Position numbers and translations under genes: made by a program | Assembly (NCBI GenBank): GCA_044224295.1 | Contig: JBGAKQ010000003.1 | Span: forward strand, 81,498 to 145,497 | Direction: 5' to 3' | DNA from: Lacunisphaera sp. | GTDB lineage: Bacteria; Verrucomicrobiota; Verrucomicrobiia; Opitutales; Opitutaceae | Length of the DNA stretch: 64,000 nt | The notes under the pieces: generated by a model | Databases searched by the model: none | What the model was told of the DNA's origin: nothing | Seen by the model: the letters and a program-made list of their open reading frames with translations, nothing else | Part shown: piece after piece, positions 10,141 to 19,898 of the stretch | Numbering within the stretch: the stretch's first letter is position 1 | How the letters are laid out: every line of letters starts with the position of its first letter

Positions 10141-11175
10141 ATGCAAGCGCTCGTCCTCGAAAAAACCAAGGTCCTCGCGCTGCGCGATTTCCCGCTGGTC
10201 GAGACGCTCGGACCGCACGATGTCCGCATTGGCATTCGGACGGTCGGCATCTGCGGGAGCGACGTCCATTACTACCAACATGGCGTCATCGGCCCGTTTT
10301 TCGTCCGTGAACCGATGATCCTCGGCCACGAAGCCGCCGGCGTCGTCACGGAAGTCGGGTCCGCCGTCACCCATCTCCAAGTCGGCGATCGCGTTTGCAT
10401 GGAGCCAGGCATTCCCGATCCCAACAGCCGCGCGACGCGCCTCGGTCTCTACAATCTGGATCCGGCGGTGCGTTTCTGGGCCACGCCGCCCGTGCATGGG
10501 TGCCTGCGACCGAGCGTCGTGCATCCCGCGGCTTTCACTTTCAAGTTGCCGGACAACGTTTCCTTCGCCGAGGGCGCGATGGTTGAGCCGCTGGCGGTGG
10601 GTATGCACGCCGCCAACAAAGCTCGGCTCCGGCCGGGTGACCTCGCCGTCGTCCTCGGCGCCGGCCCGATCGGCATGGTCACGGCGCTGGCGGCGCTCGC
10701 CGGGGGTTGCTCGCGGGTGATCATCACCGACGTGCAGGCGCCGAAGCTCGAGCTCGCCGCCCGCCTCGGCGCAATTACGCCCGTCAACGTGCGCGAGCAG
10801 AATCTCGCCGCCGTGGTGCGTGCCGCCACGGACGGTTGGGGTGCTGATGTTGTTTTCGATGCCGTCGGCCTGCCGACGTCCGCCACGCAGGCGCTCGACG
10901 TGCTTGCGCCGGGTGGCTGCGTGGTCCTGATCGGCATGCCGGGCGCGCCGGTGCCGTTCGATGTGGTCGCCGCCCAGGTCAAGGAGGTCCGCATCGAGAC
11001 CATTTTCCGTTACGCGCACGTCTATCCCCGCGCCCTCGCCCTCATGGGCAGTCGCAAGATCGACGTGCGGCCGCTCATCACCGACACTTACGCTTTCGCC
11101 GACTCGGTCGCGGCCTTCGACTACGCCGTCCACATGAAGCCCACGAGCGTGAAGGTGCAGATTACCCTCCCATGA
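10141..11175 (+). CDS. Zn-dependent medium-chain dehydrogenase (sorbitol / xylitol / L-idonate 5-dehydrogenase-like)
   Basis: Starts at [10 protein letters not shown]. Motifs seen: [32 protein letters not shown] and the Rossmann stretch [10 protein letters not shown]. Confidence 0.85.
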   Translation: MQALVLEKTKVLALRDFPLVETLGPHDVRIGIRTVGICGSDVHYYQHGVIGPFFVREPMILGHEAAGVVTEVGSAVTHLQVGDRVCMEPGIPDPNSRATRLGLYNLDPAVRFWATPPVHGCLRPSVVHPAAFTFKLPDNVSFAEGAMVEPLAVGMHAANKARLRPGDLAVVLGAGPIGMVTALAALAGGCSRVIITDVQAPKLELAARLGAITPVNVREQNLAAVVRAATDGWGADVVFDAVGLPTSATQALDVLAPGGCVVLIGMPGAPVPFDVVAAQVKEVRIETIFRYAHVYPRALALMGSRKIDVRPLITDTYAFADSVAAFDYAVHMKPTSVKVQITLP

Positions 11176-12830
11176 AGTCCCTTCTTTCCCTGTTTGTATT
11201 GGCCGTCGCCAGCTCCCTGGCCGCGGCGGAACTCCCGCAACTCCGCCGGCATGGGACCGCCACCCAGCTGATCGTGGATGGCCAGCCGTTCCTCGCCCGG
11301 GGCGGCGAACTTGGCAACTCGAGCGGTGAGCCCGATTTTCTGCGCGCGTCCTGGCCGCGGCTGAAGGCGATGAACCTGAACACCGTCCTCGCGCCGGTTT
11401 ACTGGGACGTGGTCGAAGCGGAAGAGGGGAAGTTCGACTTCGCCACGGTGGACGGACTGCTCCGCGACGCACGGGCGAATGAGATGCGACTCGTCCTGCT
11501 CTGGTTTGGCACGTGGAAAAACAGCATGTCGTGCTACACACCCGCCTGGGTGAAACGCGACCAGGCCCGCTTTCCCCGCGCGCTGGACTCCTTGGGCCGG
11601 GGCCTGGAGATTCTTACGCCCTTCGTGCCCGCGAACCGCGATGCGGATGCGCGCGCCTTCGCGGCGCTCATGCGGCACCTCAAGGCGACCGACCCGCAAC
11701 ACACGGTGGTGATGGTCCAGGTGGAGAACGAAATCGGCATGATTCCCGAACCGCGTGACCGCAGTCCCGAGGCGGAGAAAGTTTATGCGGGTCCGGTGCC
11801 CGCGGCGTTGATGGATTACCTGGTGAAGAACCGGGCAACGCTCGCACCCGAGCTGACGGCTCTCTGGCAGGGCGCCGGTGGAAAAACCACGGGCACGTGG
11901 GCCGAGGTGTTTGGTCCGTCGCCGGCCGGCCAGGAGGTCTTCATGGCGTGGTACTTCGCGGCCTACACGCAGGCGGTCACGGCCGCCGGCAAGGCCGAGC
12001 TGGCGCTGCCGATGTTTGCGAATGCCGCGCTCATCCGTCCCGGCTACCAGCCGGGCCAGTACCCGAGCGCCGGGCCGCTGCCGCACCTGATCGACGTGTG
12101 GCGCGCCGCCGCGCCGGCTCTCGATTTCATCGCGCCGGACATCTACTTCTCGAACTTCTCCTATTGGGCCCAGCAGTACACGCGCAGCGGCAACCCCTTG
12201 TTCATTCCCGAGGCGATGCGCAGCCCGGAGGCGTCGGTGAACGGGCTGTATGCGTTCGGGGCCCTCAATGCCATTGGCTTCTGTCCCTTCGCGATCGAAA
12301 CGAACACCGAACCGGCGGCGGGATACCTTGCGGCGAGTTTCGACCTGGTTCGCCAGCTCACGCCCTTGCTCGTCGAGAAACAGGGCCGCGGCCTGACCGC
12401 GGGATTCCTGCAGGAGAGCGTCGAAAGCAAGCAGCCGCAGCAGGTCCGCATGGGCGGATGGATTTTCCACGCGAGCTTCGAACGCTCGGCGCCGCCGGCG
12501 CTGGCGGACGGCCTCGCGGTCGTGGTGGGCACGGAGAACTCCGCGCTGGCGGCTGGCGGTCGCGGCGGGGCCGCGCCCGCAGGCGGCCTCATGATTCAGC
12601 TCGGGCCCGACGAGTTTCTCTTCGCGGGCATCGGCCTGACGATCACCTTTGCCTCCGAGGCGCCTGGCCAGCAGGCCGGCATTCTGAGCGTCGCCGAGGG
12701 CGGCTACGTGAACGGTGAGTGGCGGCACCTGCGTTGGCTCAACGGCGACCAGACGCACCAAGGCCGACATGTGCGCCTCGAGCCGGGCCGTTTCACCATT
12801 CAACGCGTCAAACTCTACCGTTACCGCTGA
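11172..12830 (+). CDS. GH35-like beta-galactosidase family protein with DUF5597-type C-terminal region, secreted
   Basis: Signal peptide, then [10 protein letters not shown]...[24 protein letters not shown]...[24 protein letters not shown], which I recognise as the GH35/DUF5597 family. The ATG overlaps the upstream TGA as ATGA. Confidence 0.65.
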   Translation: MKSLLSLFVLAVASSLAAAELPQLRRHGTATQLIVDGQPFLARGGELGNSSGEPDFLRASWPRLKAMNLNTVLAPVYWDVVEAEEGKFDFATVDGLLRDARANEMRLVLLWFGTWKNSMSCYTPAWVKRDQARFPRALDSLGRGLEILTPFVPANRDADARAFAALMRHLKATDPQHTVVMVQVENEIGMIPEPRDRSPEAEKVYAGPVPAALMDYLVKNRATLAPELTALWQGAGGKTTGTWAEVFGPSPAGQEVFMAWYFAAYTQAVTAAGKAELALPMFANAALIRPGYQPGQYPSAGPLPHLIDVWRAAAPALDFIAPDIYFSNFSYWAQQYTRSGNPLFIPEAMRSPEASVNGLYAFGALNAIGFCPFAIETNTEPAAGYLAASFDLVRQLTPLLVEKQGRGLTAGFLQESVESKQPQQVRMGGWIFHASFERSAPPALADGLAVVVGTENSALAAGGRGGAAPAGGLMIQLGPDEFLFAGIGLTITFASEAPGQQAGILSVAEGGYVNGEWRHLRWLNGDQTHQGRHVRLEPGRFTIQRVKLYRYR

Positions 12831-12841
12831 TCATTTACGCC

Positions 12842-15256
12842 ATGGCTCGCTTTGCTCGCCTGCTCTTCTTCGTCCTTAGCCTGGGCGGCCTCGCGCTCTG
12901 CGGCGCCGCGTCTGTTCCCGTGAAGCGCGTCGCCCTCGTCTTTGACGACGGCCCGAAGCCCGCCGATGCCGGTCCGCTGCTGACCTTGCTGGCACAGGAG
13001 AAGGTCACGGTGACGTTCTCGCTGGTCGGCGACCGCGTGAAGGAAAACCCCGAGACGGCCCGCGCCATTGCGGCGGCTGGCCACGAGATCGCCAATCACT
13101 CCCAGGCGCATGCGCATCCCAAGGATCTCAGCGATGCGGCGTTGGATCGTGAGGTGGCCGACGCCCAGCAGTTGATTGCGGCGACCGTGGGGCGCGCGCC
13201 GCGCTGGTATTGGCCGCCGTTCCTCGAAATCGACGACCGTGTCCGCGCGGCGGTGGGCCGGGCCGGGATCACGCCCTACACGCCGCACCACCTCGTCGTT
13301 TCGAAGGATTACGACCGTTCCGTCCCGGCGGCGGAAATCTACCGGCTGACCACGACCGACGTGCGCGATGGCTCGGTCATCCTCTTCCACGAATGGCGGA
13401 CCGAGACCCGTGAGCAGCTGCCGGCGATCCTGGCCGAATTGCGCCGACAGGGGGCGGAATTCTACACGTTCAGCGGCTTGGCCGCGGCGCTCGCTCAAGC
13501 CGCGCCTCCAGCGAGTCCTCCGCCTGGCGGCACGGCTTTGCTCCCGGCCGACCCGTTGGCGTTTCGCGCGACGGGTACAGACGGAGCATATCGATTCACC
13601 GTTCTCGACGTGCCGGGCCAGTCGTTCCCGCGGGCGTGGCAGATGGAAACAACTCGCGACTTGTCGCCCGCGTGGGCGGTAGAGAGCCGCGCGCGCTTCC
13701 AGCAGGGCGTAAAAAAGGGCGACGTCGCATTGGTGCGGTTTCACGCGCGCACGTTGGCGTCGGCCGATGAGACGGGCGCCGGCCAGGTGCGGGTGGTCGT
13801 GCAGAAGACCGAACCCAACTACGACAAGAGTCTGCAGATCACCCTGACGGTGGGCCGTGACTGGCAGGAGTACCTGCTCCCGTTCACTTTCGCCCAGGAC
13901 TACACCGCGGGTGAGGTCGAGCTCGCCTTCGGCTTCGGTTTCAAGCGCGAGACGCTCCAGATCGGGGGCGTCGAGGTGCTCAATTACGGCCGCAGCGTGG
14001 ACGTCCAGCAGCTGCCGCGGACGCGCTTTTCCTACGCGGGCCGCGAACCCGATGCGGCGTGGCGTCAGCAGGCGCTCGCCCGCATCGAGCAGATCCGCAA
14101 ATCCGATTTCCTCATCCAGGTGAAGAACGCCGCCGGCCAGCCCGCGGCGGGCGCGACGATTCGCGTCGAGCAGCAACGCAGCGCGTTCCAATTTGGCAGC
14201 GCGCTCCAGTTTGCGCGGCTGGTGAAGGATTCCCCGGACAATCGCATCTATCGGGAGAAGGTCCTCCAGCTGTTCAATGCCACGAGTCCGGAGAACGACT
14301 TGAAATGGCCGGTTTGGGAGGGCGAATGGCAGGGACCCTACAACCGTGAGCAGTCGTTGCAGGCCTTGCGCTGGTTGCGGGAAAACGGGCTGCATGTGCG
14401 CGGCCATGTGTTGGTGTGGCCGGGCTGGAAGAACCTGCCGAAGAGCATCGGCGCGCTAAAGGATTCCAAGGCGAATCAAGCGAAGATTCCGAGTTTGGTG
14501 CTGCAGCATATCGCGGACATCACTGCGGCGACGCGGGAGTACGTCCAGGAATGGGACGTGCTCAATGAGCCGTTTGACAACCATGACCTGATGGCGCTGT
14601 TCGGCTCGGACATCATGGTGGATTGGTTCAAGGCCGCGCGGGAGGGTGCGGCCCCGGGTGCGCCGCTGTACCTCAATGACTACAGCAACCACGACCTCGT
14701 CTCCGACAAGGCGCACTGCGCCGATTTCTACCGGGTCGCGAAGTTTCTTCAGACGAAGGGCGCCCCGCTGGGTGGACTCGGATTGCAGGGCCACATCGGC
14801 GCGCAGCCCAACCCGCCGGAGCGCGTGCTCGCGGCACTTGAAGTGTACGCCGAGTTCAAGGTGCCGATTCGCTTCACGGAATTCGACATCGATACCGACG
14901 ATGAGCAGCTGCAGGCGGACTACACGCGCGACTTCCTGATCCTTGCTTACAGCCATCCCTCCGTCGTCGGCCTGCAGCACTGGGGCTTCTGGGCAAATGC
15001 CCATTGGCGTCCGCGCGGCGCGCTCTACCGGGGCGACTGGTCGCCGAAGCCGGCCGCGTTGGCTTACGAGGACCTCGTGCTGCGGCAGTGGCGCACCAAC
15101 CTCCAGGGCAAAGTCGGCGCCGCCGGCAAGGTCGCGGGCCGGGGTTTCCACGGCGATTACCGCGTCACGGTCGAACTCGACGGCCGCCGCGCGGAGCAGA
15201 CCTTCAGCCTGCGGGCGGACGAAGCGAAGACGGTTGTCACCGTCACGCTGCCCTGA
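12842..15256 (+). CDS. Multidomain xylan enzyme: CE4 polysaccharide deacetylase + CBM4/9/22-like module + GH10 endo-1,4-beta-xylanase
   Basis: The ATG at 12842 gives a signal peptide. CE4 motifs: VALVFDDGP, HEIANHSQAH. The C-terminal GH10 region has ENDLKWPVWE, GHVLVWP, WDVLNEP and FTEFDI, the two catalytic Glu contexts. Confidence 0.85.
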   Translation: MARFARLLFFVLSLGGLALCGAASVPVKRVALVFDDGPKPADAGPLLTLLAQEKVTVTFSLVGDRVKENPETARAIAAAGHEIANHSQAHAHPKDLSDAALDREVADAQQLIAATVGRAPRWYWPPFLEIDDRVRAAVGRAGITPYTPHHLVVSKDYDRSVPAAEIYRLTTTDVRDGSVILFHEWRTETREQLPAILAELRRQGAEFYTFSGLAAALAQAAPPASPPPGGTALLPADPLAFRATGTDGAYRFTVLDVPGQSFPRAWQMETTRDLSPAWAVESRARFQQGVKKGDVALVRFHARTLASADETGAGQVRVVVQKTEPNYDKSLQITLTVGRDWQEYLLPFTFAQDYTAGEVELAFGFGFKRETLQIGGVEVLNYGRSVDVQQLPRTRFSYAGREPDAAWRQQALARIEQIRKSDFLIQVKNAAGQPAAGATIRVEQQRSAFQFGSALQFARLVKDSPDNRIYREKVLQLFNATSPENDLKWPVWEGEWQGPYNREQSLQALRWLRENGLHVRGHVLVWPGWKNLPKSIGALKDSKANQAKIPSLVLQHIADITAATREYVQEWDVLNEPFDNHDLMALFGSDIMVDWFKAAREGAAPGAPLYLNDYSNHDLVSDKAHCADFYRVAKFLQTKGAPLGGLGLQGHIGAQPNPPERVLAALEVYAEFKVPIRFTEFDIDTDDEQLQADYTRDFLILAYSHPSVVGLQHWGFWANAHWRPRGALYRGDWSPKPAALAYEDLVLRQWRTNLQGKVGAAGKVAGRGFHGDYRVTVELDGRRAEQTFSLRADEAKTVVTVTLP

Positions 15257-15306
15257 CGCGACCCGCCGTTGCCGCCGCGCCCAAGGTCACCTTAGCTCAG
15301 CCTGCC

Positions 15307-16389
15307 ATGAAACTCGGACTCGGCCTTTACCGCCACATGCTCACGCCGGAGAACTTCGCGTTTGCGAAGCAGGCGGGCGCCACCCACATCGTCGCGCACC
15401 TTGTCGACTACTTCCGCGGCGGCGCGGGACATTCGGCCACGGACGATCAACCCCTTGGAACCGACTGGGGGTGGGGCCTGGCGGGTGACCCGGACAAGCT
15501 TTGGACGCTGGAGGAGTTGCAGGCCATCAGGCGAAACACCGAGGCCGCCGGCCTGAAGCTCGAGGCGATTGAGAATTTCGACCCGGCGCATTGGGGTGAC
15601 ATCCTGTTGGACGGGCCGAAGCGGGCTCAGCACATCGAGAACGTGAAGACCATCATTCGCCGGCTCGGCGAGGCAGGGATCCCGATCATGGGCTACAACT
15701 TCTCGATCGCAGGCGTGGCGGGTCGCACCAAGGGCAACTATGCCCGCGGTCACGCGCCCTCCGTCGGCATGGAGGGGCCGTACGACTTGCCGATGCCCAA
15801 TGGCTTGGTTTGGAACATGGTGGTCGATCCGACGGCGCCGTCTCGCGACACCGGCACAATTCCGCCGGCCACGCACGCGCGGCTCTGGTCGCGGCTGCAG
15901 CGATTCCTCGACGAAGTCCTGCCGGTCGCCGAACAGGCCGGCGTGCGACTGGCGCTGCACCCGGACGATCCGCCCATGCCGACCATCCGCGGCCAGCCGC
16001 GATTGGTTTATCAGCCGTCGATGTACCAGAAGGTCATCGACCTGAATCCCAGCCCGTCGAACCAACTCGAGTTTTGCGTCGGCTCGCTCGCCGAAATGAC
16101 GGAGGGCAACATCTACGACGTCGTCGACCAGTACTCGCGGCAGAATCGCCTGGGCTACGTCCACCTGCGCAACGTCCGCGACAAGGTCCCGCACTACAAG
16201 GAGACCTTCATCGACGACGGCGAAGTCGACGTGCTCAGCGTGCTCGCGATCCTGAAGAAAAACAAATTCGATGGCGTGATCATTCCCGACCACGCGCCGC
16301 AGATGAGCTGTGCCGCCCCCTGGCACGCGGGCATGGCCTTCGCGATGGGCTACATCAAGGCCGGCATGCAATCATTGGACCGCCAATGA
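15307..16389 (+). CDS. uxuA: Mannonate dehydratase
   Basis: MKLGLGLYRHMLTPENFAFAKQAGATHIV... 360 aa with the UxuA-typical N-terminus and length. The upstream extension to 15004 is Arg/Pro-rich GC-artefact sequence. Confidence 0.85.
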   Translation: MKLGLGLYRHMLTPENFAFAKQAGATHIVAHLVDYFRGGAGHSATDDQPLGTDWGWGLAGDPDKLWTLEELQAIRRNTEAAGLKLEAIENFDPAHWGDILLDGPKRAQHIENVKTIIRRLGEAGIPIMGYNFSIAGVAGRTKGNYARGHAPSVGMEGPYDLPMPNGLVWNMVVDPTAPSRDTGTIPPATHARLWSRLQRFLDEVLPVAEQAGVRLALHPDDPPMPTIRGQPRLVYQPSMYQKVIDLNPSPSNQLEFCVGSLAEMTEGNIYDVVDQYSRQNRLGYVHLRNVRDKVPHYKETFIDDGEVDVLSVLAILKKNKFDGVIIPDHAPQMSCAAPWHAGMAFAMGYIKAGMQSLDRQ

Positions 16390-16412
16390 TTGGAAAGATA
16401 AACCCCGGGCCC

Positions 16413-16505
16413 GTCATCCTGAGCGCAGCGAAGGATCCAGCGCGATGTGCGCCGCATGAACGTGGGCGCACCATTCCTTGGATTCTTCACTGCGTTCAGA
16501 ATGAC
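16413..16505. repeat. Palindromic repeat family A (GTCATYCTGAGC...GCTCAGRATGAC), copy 1
   Basis: Arms GTCATCCTGAGCGCAGCGAAGGATCC and GGATTCTTCACTGCGTTCAGAATGAC. Related copies lie at 27573-27662 and 48226-48299. Confidence 0.8.
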
Positions 16506-16518
16506 GGCGCAGGGATTT

Positions 16519-16545
16519 TATCCGTGTTAATCCGTGCAATCCGTG
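16519..16545. repeat. Three tandem copies of (A)ATCCGTG, 9-10 bp period, just upstream of the SDR start codon
   Basis: TATCCGTGTTAATCCGTGCAATCCGTG, read directly from the sequence. Confidence 0.5.
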
Positions 16546-16559
16546 GTTAAAAAACGCTC

Positions 16560-17324
16560 ATGATTTTTCCCGACGCTTTTTCGCTTCAGCATGAAACCGC
16601 GCTCATCACCGGCGGCGGCACCGGCATCGGCCTGGCGATGGCCCGTTCGATGCGCGCCGCGGGCGCGAAGGTCATCGTGACGGGACGTCGCGAGGCGGAG
16701 CTCGCCGCCGCGGTCAAGGAACTTGGCGATGGCGCGGCGTACGTGGTGCACGACGTCAACAAACTGGAAGCCGCCCCTGCAGTCGTGGCCGAGGTTGAGA
16801 AGGCGCATGGCCCGATCACCTGTCTCGTGAACAATGCCGGCCAGAATCTCAAGAAGCCTGCGGTCGACACAACATCGGAGGAATTCGAGGCCATCATGCG
16901 TACGCACATCTTTGGTGCTCATGCCCTGGTCCGCGCCGTGGCGCCGGGCATGGTCGAGCGCAAACGGGGCAGCATCCTTTTCACCGCGTCGATGGCGTCG
17001 ATCTTCGGCATCCCGTACGTCATCGCCTACACCGCCGCCAAGTCCGCGATGGTGGGCCTCGTGCGCGGCTATGCTGTCGAGCTTTCGCCGCACGGCGTGC
17101 GCGTCAATGCGATCGCCCCCGGCTGGATCGACACCGCCATGTCACGCAAGGCAATGGAAGGAGACCCGGCGCGGAAAAACAAAATCGTCAGCCGCACGCC
17201 GATGGCGAAGTTCGGCGACACCGAGGATATCGGCTGGGCCGCCGTTTACCTGACCTCGCCCGCCGCCAAGTTCGTGACCGGCGTCATGCTCCCGGTCGAC
17301 GGCGGCGTCAGCATGGGTTTCTGA
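16560..17324 (+). CDS. SDR-family oxidoreductase (possibly SDR-type D-mannonate/fructuronate oxidoreductase or KduD-like)
   Basis: [12 protein letters not shown] cofactor motif, NNAG, and the catalytic YTAAK. 254 aa, adjacent to uxuA. Confidence 0.85.
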   Translation: MIFPDAFSLQHETALITGGGTGIGLAMARSMRAAGAKVIVTGRREAELAAAVKELGDGAAYVVHDVNKLEAAPAVVAEVEKAHGPITCLVNNAGQNLKKPAVDTTSEEFEAIMRTHIFGAHALVRAVAPGMVERKRGSILFTASMASIFGIPYVIAYTAAKSAMVGLVRGYAVELSPHGVRVNAIAPGWIDTAMSRKAMEGDPARKNKIVSRTPMAKFGDTEDIGWAAVYLTSPAAKFVTGVMLPVDGGVSMGF

Positions 17325-17333
17325 GGCAGTCAT

Positions 17334-17401
17334 CAATGTCACGTAATACGTGACATTGAGAGGGACCCCGCGCTCCGCGCAGCCTGGAACGCGCGCGGAG
17401 C
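17334..17401. terminator. Two strong hairpins between convergent genes (possible bidirectional terminator or protein-binding palindrome)
   Basis: Perfect 10-bp stem CAATGTCACG-TAATA-CGTGACATTG (17334-17358), then GCTCCGCGC / GCGCGGAGC (17372-17401). No clear U-tract. Confidence 0.4.
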
Positions 17402-17479
17402 ACCCGTTCCACCCCGGGCTGCTTGTAATCCATTATTTTACAAGCCGGCTCGGTCCGGGTTGAGGGGGAACCGGCGGGC

Positions 17480-17652
17480 TTACTTTTCGCCGGGGTTGCC
17501 GGGCATCCAGCGCAGCTTGATCTGCATGTATTCCGCGAGGGTCTTCTCGGGCGGCGGCACGCTCTCGGGGAGCGGCCGGCGGGAGGAGGTTTGGAAATAT
17601 AGGAGGCCGGCGTCGCGCCACCGGCGGGCGTCGCGTTCCTCGATCACGATCA
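17480..17652 (-). pseudogene. Duplicated 3' end of aguA (last ~55 codons plus stop plus downstream hairpin), gene remnant
   Basis: It translates to ...[53 protein letters not shown]. The true AguA C-terminus is [52 protein letters not shown]. The copies are in tandem, ~236-241 bp apart. Confidence 0.75.
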
Positions 17653-17715
17653 CCCCGGGCCGCTTGTAATCCATTGTATTACAAGCCGGCTCGGTGGCAG
17701 CGGGGAGCGGCGGGC

Positions 17716-19893
17716 TTATTTTTCGCCGGGGTTGCCGGGCATCCAGCGCAGCTTGATCTGCTTGTACTCCTCGAGGGTTTTTTCGGGTGGCGGCACGCCC
17801 TCCGGGAGCGGTCGGTGGGAAAAGGTTTGGAAATACAACAGGCAGGCGTCGCGCCACCAGCGGGCATCGCGTTCCTGGATCACCAGCAGATCGCTGACGT
17901 GACGGTGCCGTTCGGCGTCGACCAGGGGCGCGAGCGAAGACCAAGTCTTCTGCCAGCCCTGCACGGTGGTCACGCCGCGCTGGAAGCGCAGCGCGAACTC
18001 GTCCCACAGGATCCGGCCGGACTTCAGCCGGTGATCCCAGGGCACGTGGTGAAACCACAGCAGGAATTCCTCCGGACACGCGTCGAGGTCGTTGAAGCGT
18101 TTCGCGACCTCGGGGGCATACTGGCTCACGGCGTTTGTGCCGGTGGTCGTGCGGTCCACGCCAAGGCCGACGGTGTCAGCGCGGTGGTAGTACACCGAGG
18201 TCCAGTCCGGCCGGCCTTTGTCATGCCACGGCTCGGGCCCGTAGTGGTGACCCTCCGCAAAGCTGCCGGAGAATCCGAGCGGATTCATGTAGTCGACGAC
18301 CGCGTCGCGCGACTCGAGCAGCATCTTCGTTAACGGCGCCACGACGCGTGGGTCGGAACCGAAAGTCAGGCGCGTCCATTCGTCGGCGATCGCCGCCGAC
18401 GTCAACGCCGGATCCCACGCGAGCCGGCCAAAGGCATACCAGTTCGCCTGCGCAAGCGGGTGGCCGGTCCAGTTGCGATCGGTGCCGGTGTTGGCGACGC
18501 CGGCGATTACGCTCAGCGCCCGGTGCTCGGCGCCACCTTCGACTATGCTCGCCACGGTCGAACCAGGGCCGGCGGTCAAGGTGTCGGCATCGAGGACCTC
18601 CTTCCACATGGGCGCGAGAAACGCCAGGTTCGTGCCCTGGCCGAGGTACTCCTGGGTGATCTGCAGCTCGAGCGCGAGCGGCGTGCGCGGCATGGTGCCA
18701 AAGAGCGGGTGGAACGGCTCGCGCGGCTGGAAATCGAGGGGGCCGTTCTTGATTTGGATGACGACGTTCGGGCGGAACTTGCCATCGAGCGGCTTGAACT
18801 CGTTGTAGGCCTGCTTGACGCGGTCCTCCTTGATCTCCGCCGCGTAAACGAAGGCGCGCCACATCACGATGCCGTCGTGCGGCGCGAGCGCGTCCGCGAG
18901 GAGATTGGCGCCGTCGGCGTGGGTGCGGCCGTAGTTTTGCGGGCCGGGCTGGCCCTCGGAATTGGCCTTCACGAGGAAACCGCCGAAATCCGGAATCAGT
19001 CGGTAGATCTCCGCCACCTTTGCCTGCCACCAGGCGATCACCGCGGGGTCGAGCGGGTCCGCGGTCGGCAGGCCGCCGATCTCAATCGGCGCGCTGAAGC
19101 GGGCCGTGAGGTAGACGCGGACGCCGTACGGACGAAATTCGCCGGCCAGCGCCGCCACCTTGGCGAGATAGCGCGGCGTAAGGATCAGCGCGTCGGCGTT
19201 GACGTTCGTCAGGACCGCGCCGTTGAGGCCGAGCGAGGCGCACGCGCGGGCGTAGTCCCGGTAGCGCGGCGAAAGGTGATCGGGCAACACGAACCATTCC
19301 CAGAGCGAGAAACCGGCATAGCCCCGCTCCACGGTGCGGTTGAGGTTGTCCCAGTGGTTCAGCAACCGGCGCGAGATCTTCGGCTGGCTGGTCACATTCA
19401 AATCGCGGGTCCCTTGTCCCAGCTGCAAGTGACGGAGCAGGGCATAGGCTCCGTAGAGTGCGCCGAGGTCGCTGTTGGCGGAGATGCGAACCTGACCGTC
19501 GGCAGTTCCGCGCAGCGCGTAGCCCTCCTTTCCTGCGTCGGGTACTTCGGCCGAAGTCGCCGTCAGTTCGATCCGGGGAGCCGCACCGGTCAGTCCGGAC
19601 AAGCCGTCCACTAATTCGCGCCGGGCCGCGGCGAGCGTCGCCGACTCGTGGCCGCCCGGTGTGGCGAGGACGATGGACGCGACGGGACGCGCATTCTCCA
19701 CGCGGTCGTGGCGGAGCCAGAGCCGGTAGCCGTCCTCGGCGGAGAGTGGGACGGAAAGAAACGCGCAGACCAAAATGACCAAGATTGTTTGGAGGGCCGG
19801 GCTTCGGCGCGGCCGCGGTCGGGCGGGAGCCCGACCCTCCACCGGAAAGCGCGTTGGGGACAACGCGCTCCACCTGGAATTCATTGTAGGCAT
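17716..19893 (-). CDS. aguA: Alpha-glucuronidase, GH67
   Basis: The start is trimmed to the ATG at 19893 (an alternative ATG is at 19884), 6 nt after the symporter stop. Signal-like [15 protein letters not shown], then the GH67 hallmark [11 protein letters not shown] and [16 protein letters not shown]. Confidence 0.9.
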   Translation of the reverse strand: MPTMNSRWSALSPTRFPVEGRAPARPRPRRSPALQTILVILVCAFLSVPLSAEDGYRLWLRHDRVENARPVASIVLATPGGHESATLAAARRELVDGLSGLTGAAPRIELTATSAEVPDAGKEGYALRGTADGQVRISANSDLGALYGAYALLRHLQLGQGTRDLNVTSQPKISRRLLNHWDNLNRTVERGYAGFSLWEWFVLPDHLSPRYRDYARACASLGLNGAVLTNVNADALILTPRYLAKVAALAGEFRPYGVRVYLTARFSAPIEIGGLPTADPLDPAVIAWWQAKVAEIYRLIPDFGGFLVKANSEGQPGPQNYGRTHADGANLLADALAPHDGIVMWRAFVYAAEIKEDRVKQAYNEFKPLDGKFRPNVVIQIKNGPLDFQPREPFHPLFGTMPRTPLALELQITQEYLGQGTNLAFLAPMWKEVLDADTLTAGPGSTVASIVEGGAEHRALSVIAGVANTGTDRNWTGHPLAQANWYAFGRLAWDPALTSAAIADEWTRLTFGSDPRVVAPLTKMLLESRDAVVDYMNPLGFSGSFAEGHHYGPEPWHDKGRPDWTSVYYHRADTVGLGVDRTTTGTNAVSQYAPEVAKRFNDLDACPEEFLLWFHHVPWDHRLKSGRILWDEFALRFQRGVTTVQGWQKTWSSLAPLVDAERHRHVSDLLVIQERDARWWRDACLLYFQTFSHRPLPEGVPPPEKTLEEYKQIKLRWMPGNPGEK

Positions 19894-19898
19894 GTTGT

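Noticed and set aside
17480-18079. 199-aa ORF that looks like an extra gene downstream of aguA
   Set aside because: Only its last ~55 residues are meaningful, being the duplicated AguA tail. The rest is an out-of-frame read through the real aguA 3' end. It is called a gene remnant instead.
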